Positions 24,346 to 36,663 of a stretch of 64,000 bases of DNA are shown piece after piece (position 1 is the first letter of the stretch; each line of letters starts with the position of its first letter). The position numbers were made by a program, and so were the translations under genes. The stretch comes from Mobula hypostoma (taxonomy: Eukaryota): assembly GCF_963921235.1 (NCBI RefSeq), contig NC_086097.1:161636001-161700000 (forward strand), given 5' to 3'. The notes below the pieces were generated by a model. The model was not told the DNA's origin and did no database searches. It saw only the letters and a program-made list of their open reading frames with translations.

Positions 24346-25461
24346 TAGTAATAAAGTGAAGTGGGAAACAGGACAGCAAATAGAGAAGGATGGATGAAGA
24401 GGAAGAGAAAAATCTGAAAGGGGTGAGAGGAATATAACCAACCCAGCAGTAAGAATTCACTTATTTAACTTCTATTTAATAAGTGTTGACAAAGAAATAT
24501 CCCAGAAGAATTAAGAACTTTAAAAACAAACTTGCAGAGACATTTTCTTTTTTGAAATCCTGTGGAATGGCTGGCTAAAAGTATGTCTTATAGATTTACA
24601 GAGTCACAAATAAAAAGCAGCTTTCATTTAACTGAGTCTGGATTTATCCTTAAAAACTTCATAAATCAAGTGAAAGCCATTTGTAAGCTTTACAAAATGC
24701 AGATAAATCCAGAATATTACCCCATCAAAGTACCTTCACCTGACGATGGTTAAATTATCAAACCAGCTGATGTACCTCTGAGAGGACAATTAATCAAGTC
24801 AGTAACATGGAATTGAGGTAAATCCAAAATAATGAGTTGGCCAATTAGGACAGAGATAAGAAGAAAAGTCTTCACACAGCAAGTTACTGAGTATGTACAA
24901 GAGAAATTTTTGGATCATGGAAGCTCTAAGGGGCCCATGCAGGTAGTGGTGTTGATGTAGAGCCAAGAGTTTACTGAATGGCAAAATGGACTACTTCTCG
25001 AATTCTCAGTTATATTGAATCTGTTGATATGTTAACTAGTGGCCTTCATGAGATAAAACCCATCCGTAACTTGGCTGGTATGTAAATGAATAATGATGGT
25101 CTCCCTCAGGATATCAACATGTCTAAATGTCACGCCTAGCAGCATAAATCTACAGAACTGTCTGCGTGACAATGAATAGAACATAAAAATATACCAAACT
25201 GAAAGGGAGTGAGTCGCTTGTGTCTGCTCTGCTGGTCTGTGGAATTATGGCTGATCTTTACAGCAGCTCTGCCCTCTTGGACGGATCCCATTCCCCTTGA
25301 TTCCATTAATATCCAAATATCACACCGTTTTACCCAGAGCAGTGGTTCCCAAACTATTTTGGGTTACCACCTTCATAGCTCCCAGACCACATCCAGCACC
25401 CTCCTCTTCCTTTCCAGCTATTACATTAAAAACTATAAATAATTTTGATTTACACTGCACA

Positions 25462-28400
25462 GTGAAAGAAAATGACATAGCAAGGAAGACTGAGGAGGTC
25501 CTGGATAGTGAATATAGAGAGCTTGGTAGGAAGTTGAAAAGCAGGACCTCAAGGGTGGTAATCTCAGGATTGCTACCTGTGCTACGTGCCAGTGAGGGTA
25601 AGAATAGGATGCTCTGAAGGATGAACAAGTGGCTGAGGAACTGGTGTAGGGGGCAGGGTTTCAGATTTCAGGATCATTGGGACCTCTTTTGGGGCAGGTG
25701 GGACTTGTATAAGAGAGACGGATTACACTTGAACTACAGGGGGACCAACATCCTTTCAGGGAGGTTTGTTAGTGCTGTTGGGGAGGCTTTAAACTAGATT
25801 TGCATGGGTATGGGAGCCAGAGTGCCAGAGCTGACAGTGGTGCTGGGGTGAAAATAAATGATGTTAAAAGTTCAAGCAAAGCCGCAAATAGAAAGGTTGT
25901 GAGTGGTGGTAATAATCTTCTGAGGTGTATATATTTCAATGCTCGGAGTATTGCGGGGAAGGCAGACGAGTTGAGGGCGTGGATTGACACGTGGAATTAT
26001 GACATTATAGCAATTAGTGAAAATTGGCTACAGGAGGGGCAGAACTGGCAGCTTAATATTCCAGGGTTCCGATGTTTCGGATGTGATAGAGGCAGAGGAA
26101 TGAAAGGTGGGGGGCGGGGGGCGGTGGTAGCATTGTTTGTCAGGGAAAATGTTACAGCAGTGCTCAGGCAGGACAGATTAGAGGGCTTGTCTACTGAGTC
26201 CTTATGGTTGGAGCTGAGAAACAGGAAAGGTATGGCCACATTAGTGGGGTTGTATTATAGACCACCCAATAGTCAGCGAGAATTGGAGGAGCAAATCTGC
26301 AGAGAGATAGCAGGCACTGCAGGAAACATAAAGTTGTGGTGGTAGGGGATTTTAATTTTCCACATATTGATTGGGACTCCCATACTGTTAGGGGTCTAAA
26401 TGGGTTAGAGTTTGTAAAATGTGTTCAGGGAAGTTTTCTAAATCAATATATAGAGGGGATGCAATATTAGATCTCCTATTAGGAAACGAGTTAGGACAAG
26501 CGACGGAAGTGTATGTTGGGGAGCACTTTCGTTCCAGTGATCATAACAACATTAGTTTCAACTTGATCATGGGTAAAGATAGTTCTTGTCCTGGGGTTGA
26601 AGTTCTAAACTGGAAGAAGGCCAAATTTGAAGAAATGAGAAAGGATCTAAAAAGCATGGATTGGTACAGGTTGTTCTCTGGCAAGGATGTGGGAAGCCTT
26701 CAAAGGAGAACTTTTGAGAGTGCAGAGCTTTTATGTTCCTGTCAGGATTAAAGGCAAAGTGAATAGGAATAAGGAACCTTGGTTCTCAAGGGATATGGCA
26801 ACTCTGATAAAGAAGAAGAGAGAGTTGTGTGACATGTACAGGAAACGGAGTAAATAAGGTGCTTGAGGAGTATAAAAAGTGCAAGAAACTACTTAAGAAG
26901 GAAATTAGGAGGGCTAAAAGAAGACATGAGATTGACTTGGCAGTGAAAGTGAAGGATAATCCAAAGAGCTTTTACAGGTATATTAAGAGTAAAAGGATTG
27001 TAAGGGATAAAATTGGTCCTCTTGAAGATCAGAGTGGTCGGCTATGTGCGGAACCAAAAGAAATGGGGGAGATCTTAAATGGGTTTTTTGCGTCTGTATT
27101 TACTAAGGAAACTGGCATGAACTCTATGGAATTAAGGGAAACAAGTAGTGAGATCATGGAAACTGTACAGATTGAAAAGGAGGAGGTGCTTGCTGTCTTG
27201 AGGCATATTAAAGTGGATAAATCCCCAGGACCTGACAGGGTATTCCCTCGGACCTTGAAGGAGACTAGTGTTGAAATTGTAGGGGCCCTGGCAGATATAT
27301 TTAAAATGTCGGTGTCTACGGGTGAGGTGCCGGAGGATTGGAGAATGGCTCATGTTGTTCCGTTGTTTGAAAAGGGATCAAAAAGTAATCCGGGAAATTA
27401 TAGGCCGGTAAGTTTGACGTCGGTAGTGGGTAAGTTATTGGAGGGAGTACTAAGAGACAGAATCTACAAGCATTTGGATAGACTGGGACTTATTGGGGAG
27501 AGTCAACATGGCTTTGTGAGTGGTAGGTCATGTTTGACCAATCTATTGGAGTTTTTCGAGGAGGTTACCAGGAAAGTGGATGAAGGGAAGGCGGTGGATG
27601 TTGTCTACATGGACTTCAGTAAGGCCTTTGATAAGGTCCCGCATGGGAGGTTAGGAAAATTCAGTCACTAGGTATACATGGAGAGGTGGTAAATTGGATT
27701 AGACATTGGCTCAATGGAAGAAGCCAAAGAGTGGCAGTAGAGGATTGCTTCTCGGAGTGGAGGCCTGTGACTAGTGGTGTGCCACAGGGGTCAGTGCTGG
27801 GTCCATTGTTATTTGTCATCTATATCAATAATCTGGATGATAATGTGGTAAACTGGATCAGCAAATTTGCTGATGATACGAAGATTGGAGGTGTAGTGGA
27901 CAGTGAAGAAGGTTTTCAAAGCTTGCAGAGGTATTTGGACCAGCTGGAAAAATGGGCTGAAAAATGGCAGATGGAGTTTAATGCAGACAAGTGTGAGCAC
28001 ATTGGAAAGACAAACCAAGGTAGAACATACAGGGTAAATGGCAAGGCACTGAGGAGTGCAGTAGAACAGAGGGATCTGGGAATACTGATACAAAATTCCC
28101 TAAAAGTGGCGTCACAGATCGATAGGGTCATAAAGAGAGCTTTTGGTACATTGGCCTTTATTAATCAAAGTATTGAGTATAAGAGCTGGAATGTTATGAT
28201 GAGGTTGTATAAGGCATTGGTGAGGCCAAATCTGGAGTATTGTGTTCAGTTTTGGTCACCAAATTACAGGAAGAATATTAATAAGGTTGAAAGAGTGCAG
28301 AGAAGGTTTACAAGGATGTTGCTGGGACTTGAGAAACTCAGTTAAAGAGAAAGGTTGAATAGGTTAGGACATTATTCCCTGGAGCGTAGAAGAATGAGGG

Positions 28401-28781
28401 GAGATTTGATAGAGGTATATAAAATTATGATGGGTACAGATAGAGTGAATGCAAGCAGGCTTTTACCACTGAGGCAAGGGGAGAAAAAAACCAGAGGACA
28501 TGGGTTAAGGGTGAAGGGGGAAAACTTTAAAGGGAACATTGGCGGGGGGGGGGCTTCTTCACACAGAGAGTGGTGGGAGTATGGAATGAGCTGCCAGACG
28601 AGGTGGTAAATGTGGGTTCTTTTTTAACATTTAAGAATAAATTGGACAGATACATGGATGGGAGGTGTATGGAGGGATATGGTCAGTCTGCAGGTCAGTG
28701 GGACTAGGCAGAAAATGGTTCGGCACAGCCAAGAAGGGCCAAAAGGCCTGTTTCTGTGCTGTAGTTTTTCTATGGTTTCTA
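25462..28781 (+). mobile_element. CR1 LINE (second subfamily; partial ORF1 + broken ORF2)
   Basis: Esterase tail (RVVISGLLPV), APE (YFNARSI), RT (MDFSKAFD, FADD), CR1 3' tail. Confidence 0.93.
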
Positions 28782-29231
28782 AAATAGGAAGTGAAAATTC
28801 AAAGCAGTGACAAATAATTGCAAAACTTATTCAGATTTATTTAAAGCAACAAAGAATGATTACAGTAAAAATAATTTTCATCACCAATTTTAAAGTGTAC
28901 ATTAATAGTCCAACTATTTTTCACCACTCAATGAGATGGATAGGTTTGGTGCAGTGATATCAGCTTCTCAACATCAGGCTGAATGTCACTCAGAAGGAGT
29001 CTCAGATCCCCACATTCGGTAATTTGCTGTCTGTTTTGTTGCTTTGAAAGACTTTGGGTGACTGCACTGGAACCATGCTCCACTAAGTATGATGTTGGAA
29101 AGGCAATAAAGAATATCATGACCTTTTTCCACAGTGCAGTACAGCATTCAGAGATTACTTTCTACAACCAAGAGTCTTAATATGACTTTTTGATTCGCAG
29201 CTTCAGCTCAAAGTCATATTGTGGCAAGATC

Positions 29232-32200
29232 AGAAACAAAGAAACATTGAAAATAGGTGCAGGAGTAGGCCTTTCGGCCCTTCGAGCCTGCTTCGCCATT
29301 CAGTATGATCATGGCTGATCATCCAACTCAGAACCCTGTACTAGCCTTCCCTCCATACCCCCGATCCCTTTAGCCACAAGGGCCATATCTAACTCCCTCT
29401 TAAATACAGCCAGTGAACTGGCCTCAATTATTTCCTGTGGCAGAGAATTCCACAGATTCACCACTCTCTGCGTAAAGAAGTTTTTCCTAATCTCGGTCCT
29501 AAAAGGCTTCCCCTTTATCATCAAACTGTGACCCCTCGTTCTGGACTTCTCCGACATCGGGAACAATCTTCCTGCATCTAGCCTGTCCAATCCCTTTAGG
29601 ATTTTATACGTTTCAATAAGATCCCCCCCCTTAATCTTCTAAATTCCAGAGTATAAGCCTGGTCGATCCAGTCTTTCATCATATGAAAGTCCTGCCATCC
29701 CAGGAATCAATCTGGTGAACCTTCTTTGTACTCCCTCTATGGCAAGGATGTCTTTCCTCAGATTAGGGGACCAAAACTGCACACAATACTCTAGGTGTGG
29801 TCTCACCAAAGCCTTGTACAACTGCAGTCGTGCCTCCCTGCTCCTGTACTCGAATCCTCTTGCTATGAATGCCAGCATACCATTCGCCTTTTTCACCGCC
29901 TGCTGTACCTGCATGCCCACTTTCAATGACTGGTGTATAGTGACACCCAGGTCTCGTTACACCTTCCCTTTTCCTAATTGGCCACCATTCAAATAATAAT
30001 CTGTTTTCCTGCTTTTGCCACCAAAGTGGATAACCTCACATTTCTCCACATTAAATTGCATCTGCCATGAATTTGCCCACTCACCTAACCTATCCAAGTC
30101 ACCCTGCATCCTCTTAGCATCCTCCTCACAGCTAACACTGCGACTCAGCTTCATGTCATCCGCAAACTTGGAGATGCTGCATTTAATTCCCTCATCTAAG
30201 TCATTAATATATATTGTAAACAACTGGGGTCCCAGCACTGAGCCTTGCAGTACTCAACTAGTCACTGCCTGCCATTCTGAAAAGGTCCCGCTTATTCCCA
30301 CTCTTTGCTTCCTGTCTGCCAACCAATTCTCTATCCACATCAATACCTTACCCCCAATACCATGTGCTTTAAGTTTGCACACTAATCTCCTGTGTGGGAC
30401 CTTGTGAAAAGCCTTTGAAAATCCAAATATACCACATCCACTGGTTCTCCCCTATCCACTCTACTAGTTACATCCTCAAGAAATTCTATGAGATTCGTCA
30501 GACATGATTTTCCTTTCACAAATCCATGCTGACTTTGTCCGATGATTTCACCGCTTTCCAAATGTGCTGTTATCACATCTTTGATAACTGACTAGCATTT
30601 TCCCCACCACTGATGTTAGGCTAACCAGTCAAAAATTCCCCAGTTTCTCTCTCCCTCCTTTTTTAAAAAGTGGGGTTACATTAGCCACCCTCCAATCCTC
30701 AGGAACTAGTCCAGAATCTAAAGAGTTTTGAAAAATTATCACTAATGCATCCACTATTTCTTGGGCTACTTCCATAAGCATTCTGGGATGCGGACCATCT
30801 GGCCCTGGGGATTTATCTGCCTTTAATCCCTTCAATTTACCTAACACCACTTCCCTACTAACATGTATTTCCCTCAGTTCCTCCATCTCACTGGACCCTC
30901 TGTCCTCTACTATTTCCGGAAGATTATTTATGTCCTCTTTAGTGAAGACAGAACCAAAGTAGTTATTCAATTGGTCTGCCATTTCCTTGCTCCCCATAAT
31001 CAATTCACCTGTTTCTGTCTGTAGGGGACCTACATTTGTCTTAACCAATCTTTTTCTTTTCACATATCTATAAAAGCTTTTACAGTCAGTTTTTATGTTC
31101 CCTGACAGTTTTCTCTCATAATCTTTTTTCCCTTTCCTAATTAAGCCCTTTGACCTTTTCTGCTGGACTCTGAATTTCTCCCAGTCCTCAGGTGAGCCGC
31201 TTTTTCTGGCTAATTTGTAAGTTTCTTCTTTGGAATTGATACTATCCCTAATTTCCCTTGTCAGCCACGGGTGCACTAGCTTCCCTGATTTATTCTTTTG
31301 CCAAACTGGGATGAACAATTGTTGTAGTTCATCCATGCGATCTTTAAATGCCATTGCATATCCACTGTCAACCCTTTAAGTGTCCTTTGCCAGTGTACCT
31401 TAGGGAATTCACGTCTCGTACCTTCAAAGTTACCCTTCTTGAAGTTCAGAGCCTTTGTTTCTGAATTAACTATGTCACTCTCCATCTTAATGAAGAATTT
31501 CACCATATTATGGTCACTCTTACCCAAAGGGCCTCTCACGACAAGATTACTAATTAACCCTTCCTCATTGCTCAATACCCAGTCTAGAATAGCCTGCTCT
31601 CTAGATGGTTCCTCGACATGTTGGTTCAAAAAACCATCCCGCATACATTCCAAGAAATCCTCTTCCTCAGCACCCTTACCAATTTGGTTCACCCAATCTA
31701 TATGTAGATTGAAGTCACCCATTATAACTGCTGTTCCTTTATTGCACGCATTTCTAATTTCTTGTTTAATACCATCCCCAACCTCACTACTATTGTTAGG
31801 TGGCCTGTACACAACTCCCACCAGCGTTTTCTGCCCCTTAGTGTTATGCAGCTCTACCCATATCGATTTCACATCCTCCCGGCTAATGTCCTTCCTTTCT
31901 ATTGCATTAATCTCCTCTCTAACCAGCAATGCTACCTCATCTCCTTTTCTTTCAGGTCTATCCCTCCTGAATATTGAATATCCCTGAATGTTGAGCTCCC
32001 ATCCTTGGTCACCCTGGAGCCATGTCTCTGTGATCCCAACTATATCATATTCATTAATAACAATCTGCACTTTTAATTCATCCACCTTGTTACAAATGCT
32101 CCTTGCATTGACACACAAAGCCTTCAGGCTCGCTTTTACAACACTCTTAGCCCTTATAAAATTTTGTTGAGAAGTGGCCCATTTTGATTTTTGCCCTGGA

Positions 32201-33305
32201 TTTGCTGGCCTGCCACTACTACTTTTTGCTTCTACCCTCATTTTACACCCCTCTGTCTCTCTGCACTTGTTCCCATCCCTCTTTTGTGAACTAACCTCCT
32301 CTCTCCTAGTCTCTTTAATTTGATTCCCACCCCCCAACCATTCTAGTTTAAAGTCACCTCAGTAGCCCTCACAAATCTCCCCGCCAGGATATTGATTCCC
32401 CTAGGATTCAAGTGTAACCAGTCCTTTTTGTAGAGGTCACACCTGCGCCAAAAGAGGTCCCAATGATCCAAAAACTTGAATCCCTGCCCTCTGGTCCAAT
32501 CCCTCACCCACGCATTCATCCTCCATCTCATTGCATTCCTACTCTCACTGTCGCGTGGCACAGGCAGTAATCCCGAGGTTACTACCTTTGCGGTCCTTTT
32601 TCTCAACTCCCTTCCTAACTCCCTATATTCTCCTTTCAGGACCTCTTCCCTTTTCCTACCTATGTCATTGGTACCTATATGTACCACGACCTCTGGCTCC
32701 TCACCCTCCCACTTCAGGATATCTTGGACGCGATCAGAAATATCCCGGACCCTGGCACCAGGGAGGCAAACTACCATCCGGGTCTCCGGACTGCGTCCAC
32801 AGAATCGCCTATCTGACCCCCTTACTATCAAGTCCCCTATTACAACTGCCTTCCTCTTCCTTTCCCTACCCTTCTGAGCTACAGGGCTGGACTCTGTGCC
32901 GGAGGCACGGCCACTGTTACTTCCCCCAGGTAAGCTGACCCCCCCCCCCCCCAACAGTACTCAAACAGGAGTACCTATTGTCAAGGGGCACAGCCACCGG
33001 GGTATTCTCTATTACCTGACTCTTCCCCTTCCCCCACTAACTGTGACCCACTTGTCTGCCTCCCGTGGCCCTGGTGTGACCACCTGCCTGTAACTCCTCT
33101 CTATCAACTCCTCACTCTCCCTGACCGGACGAAGGTCATCGATCTGCAGCTCCAGTTCCCTAACGCGGTCCTTTAGGAGCTGCATCTCGGCGCACATGCC
33201 GCAGATGTGGACGTCCGGGAGGCTTGGAGACTCCAGGGCCTCCCACATCCGGCACCGAGAACAACAAGCTGCCCTCACTGTCATACTGCCCCTCTCCTCA
33301 AGTAA
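29232..33305 (-). mobile_element. CR1 LINE, same family as 215-4375, lacking most of the 5'UTR
   Basis: ORFs 33012-33461 (part), 32343-32954, 31276-32337, 30629-31354 and downstream RT pieces are collinear with the first copy. Confidence 0.95.
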
Positions 33306-33799
33306 CAATATCAGTTCTTCCTCCATCCTTCGTGTTAATTCCTCATTACAACTGTTGAGGAATGGATTTATTATCCAATCTGGAATTTGCATTGTGAAAA
33401 GATTCTGAAATCTCTCTGACATGTCTTTATCTCCGGTGGGCACAATATACTTGAAGATCATAATCTAGTATACTTTCCAACTCGAATAGACTCAGAAATT
33501 GGAAAAAGTCATGGCGGCCAATGTTGCAGTTAAATAGGGTTAACTTGGACGGAAATGTGGAGATGACTGGTTTGACTTTAATAAGATTTATGTAACTTCT
33601 TTGAAATTGAAGATTGATTTAATTATACGTTGCAAATAATTATGACAAGGACTATCATTCCTAATATTTATGAATTTATTACGGAAAGAAACAGTTGAGT
33701 CTTCAAAGAATTTTATCAAAAGATGCAGAAAAGCTTCTCAGACAGATTCCTTTTCAGAGCCTGACTTCTGTGTGCAACAGCAAATGTTCAAACTGTTCA

Positions 33800-36088
33800 C
33801 AAACAACAGAAAATCTGCAGATACTGGAAATCCAAGCAAAACAAATGCTGGAGGAACTCATGCAGCATCTATTGAAAAAAGTACAGTTAAACGTTTCAGG
33901 CAAAGATCCTTCAGCGGGAGAAAAGAAGATGAGCTTTAAAGGGTGTGGGTAGGGGAAGGAGAAACACAAGATGATAGGAAAACCAGAAGAGGGAGCGGTG
34001 AAGTAGAGAGCTGGGAAGTTGATTGGAGAAAGAGATACAGGGCTGGAGAAGGAGGAATCTAATAGAGGACAGAAGGCCATGGAAGAAAGAAAAGAGGGGA
34101 GGAGCACCAGAGGGAGGTGATGGGCAGGCAAAGAGATGAGACTGAGAGAAGGAAAAGGGGAGGGCAGGGGGAGGTATTACCGGAAGTTCGAGAAATCAAT
34201 GTTCATGCCATCGGATTGGATGCTACCCAAATGGAATAAATAAGGTGTTGTTCTTGCAACCTAAGTGTGGCCTCATCGTGACAGTAGAGGAGGCCATGAT
34301 AGACATATGGGAATGGGAAGTGGAATTAAAATGGGTGGCCACTGGGAGATCCCACTTTTTCTGGTAGATGGACCATAGGTGCTCGGCAAAGTGGTCTTTC
34401 AATCTACATTGGGTCTCACCAATAATGAGGAGGCCACACCGGACACATTACAGGACCTCAACATACTCACAGGTGAAGTGTCGCCTCAGCTGGAAGGACT
34501 GTTTTGGGCCCGGAATGGTAGTAAGGGAGGAGGTGTAAGAGCAGGTGTAGCACTTGTTCCGTTTGCAAGGATGTGCCAGGAGGGATGAATGGATAAGGGA
34601 GTCACACGTAGGGAACAATCCCTGTGGAAAGCAGAAAGTGGGGGGCGGTGGGGCCGGAGGGAAAGACGTGCTTGGTAGTGGGATCCCATTGGAGATGACG
34701 GAAGTTGCAGAGAATTGTGCTAGACATGGAGGCTGGTGGGGTGGTAGGTGAGGAAAAGAGGAACCCTATCCCTGGTAGGGTGGCGGGATGATGGGGTGAG
34801 AGTAGACGTGTGTGAAATCAAAGAGATGCAGTTGAGGGCAGCATTGATGGTAGAGGAAGGGAAACCCCTTTCTTAGAAGAAGAAGGACATTTCCTTTGTT
34901 CTGGAATGCAAAGCCTCATCCTGAGAGCAGATGCGGTGGAGACAGAGGAATTGAGAGAAGGAGATTGTGTTTTTACAAGTAACAGGATGGGAAGAGGTAT
35001 AGTCCAGGTAGCTGTGAGAGTCCGTGGGTTTATAATAGATATCAGGTGGTGACGAGAGGGCATACAGTAGTGAGATATGCCAACTAGTGGAATGGTGCCA
35101 CAGCAACAACCTGGCACTCAACGTCAGTAAGATGAAAGAGCTGATTGTGGACTTCAGGAAGGGTAAGACAAAGGAACACATAACAATTCTGATAGAGGGA
35201 TCAAAAGTGGAGAGAGTGAGCAGCTTCAAGTTCCTGAGTGTCAAGATCTTTGAGGATCTAACCTGGTCCCAACATTTTGATGTAGTCATAAAGAAGGCAA
35301 GACAGCGGCCATACTTTATTAGGAGTTTGAAATGATGGCATGTCAACAAATACACTCAAAAACTCAAAAATAGTTGTACTGTGGAGAGCATTCTGACAGG
35401 CTGCATCACTGTCTGGTATGGAAGGGCTACTTCACAGGACCAAAAGAAGCTGCAGAAGGTTGTAAATGTAGTCAGCTCCATCTTGGGCACTAGCCTACAA
35501 AGTACCCAGGACATCTTTAGGGAGCGGGGTCTTAGAAAAGCAGCGTCCATTATTAAAGACCTCCAGCACCCAGGGCATGCCCTTTTCTCACTGTTACCAT
35601 CAGGTAGGAGATACAGAAGCCTGAAGGCACACACTCAGCGATTCAGGAACAGCTTCTTCCCCTCTGCCATCGGATTCCTGAATGGACTTTGAAGCTTTGG
35701 ACACTATCTCACTTTTTTTTTGATATACAGTTTTTCTGTTTTTGCACATTTTTAATAATCTATTCAATATATGTAATTGATTTACTTGTTTATTATTATA
35801 ATGTTTTTATTTTTTTTCTCTCTCTCTGCTAGATTATGTATTGCATTGAACTGCCGCTGCTAAGTTAACAAATTTCACATCACATGCCAGTGATAATAAA
35901 CCTGATTCTGATTCAGAGTTGAGGTCTGAAGATGCGAGTTCAGTGGGGCAGGAACAAGCTGAAATAATGCGTCTACCTGGACAAGTGGGTTTGTGGATCT
36001 TGGACAGGAACTAGAAACGGGAGGTGCGGGATGCAGGGACTATGTAGTTGGTGGCAGTGGATGGGAGATCCCCAGAGGTTGATGATAG
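33800..36088 (-). mobile_element. Penelope-like element (RT C-part + GIY-YIG), degraded
   Basis: DIYYKPTDSHSYLDYTSSHP...SQFL.L.RICS; 15-bp TSD tgttcaaaYtgttca at 33785-33799 and 36089-36103. Confidence 0.88.
35046..35913 (+). mobile_element. Rex1/Babar 3' fragment nested in the Penelope-like element
   Basis: WCHSNNLALNVSK.KELIVDFRK; ESILTGCITVWYG; LLPSGRRYRS; (ctgatt)n tail. Confidence 0.88.
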
Positions 36089-36663
36089 TGTTCAAATTGT
36101 TCATCATTCTCAATATAAAGCTCTCAAACTAGTTGAGAATTGCAATTATGGGTCGTGATTTCATTTACCACTGCGATAACAGTATTTAATGATTTGTGCA
36201 GTCAACCACTTAGGTTTTTTTGTGACAAGGTGTCGTCTGTAAATTACACAGAGAATGGTAATTAGGTACAGCTTTTTTCAAGAAAGTAAACAACCCCATG
36301 GTGGCATCCTGCCATTGACATTGATGGTGTCTCATCTGTTGCACAAGCAAGGATATCGATGAGCAAAATGCCCTTCTCTTTGAAAAATTGTTCAATAACC
36401 CAAAATATTGACTCTTCATATCAATTTCTAGTCTCCTTGCAAATAACAACTCTTGAACCACGTTTCATCTTTTATGAAGCAAACATAACCGAAAAGCAAC
36501 AATTTGTTGCCTGGCAACATTGACTCAATAACTGTGCTGTAAATTCTGTTGTCCTAAGTATGTTGCATATTGTGTCATCCACATTCTCAGACATTTCATT
36601 TATTTGTCCTTGAACTGAGTTGTGCTGAATGGAATCGCTTTAATTATTTGGTCTGGTGACTTA

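Noticed and set aside
28909..29018. Apparent plus-strand host exon SNYFSPLNEMDRFG...
   Set aside because: It is the antisense of the hAT transposase C-terminus.
33670..33952. Plus-strand ORFs MNLLRKET.. and MSLQRILS..
   Set aside because: Antisense to hAT transposase and running into the PLE terminus.
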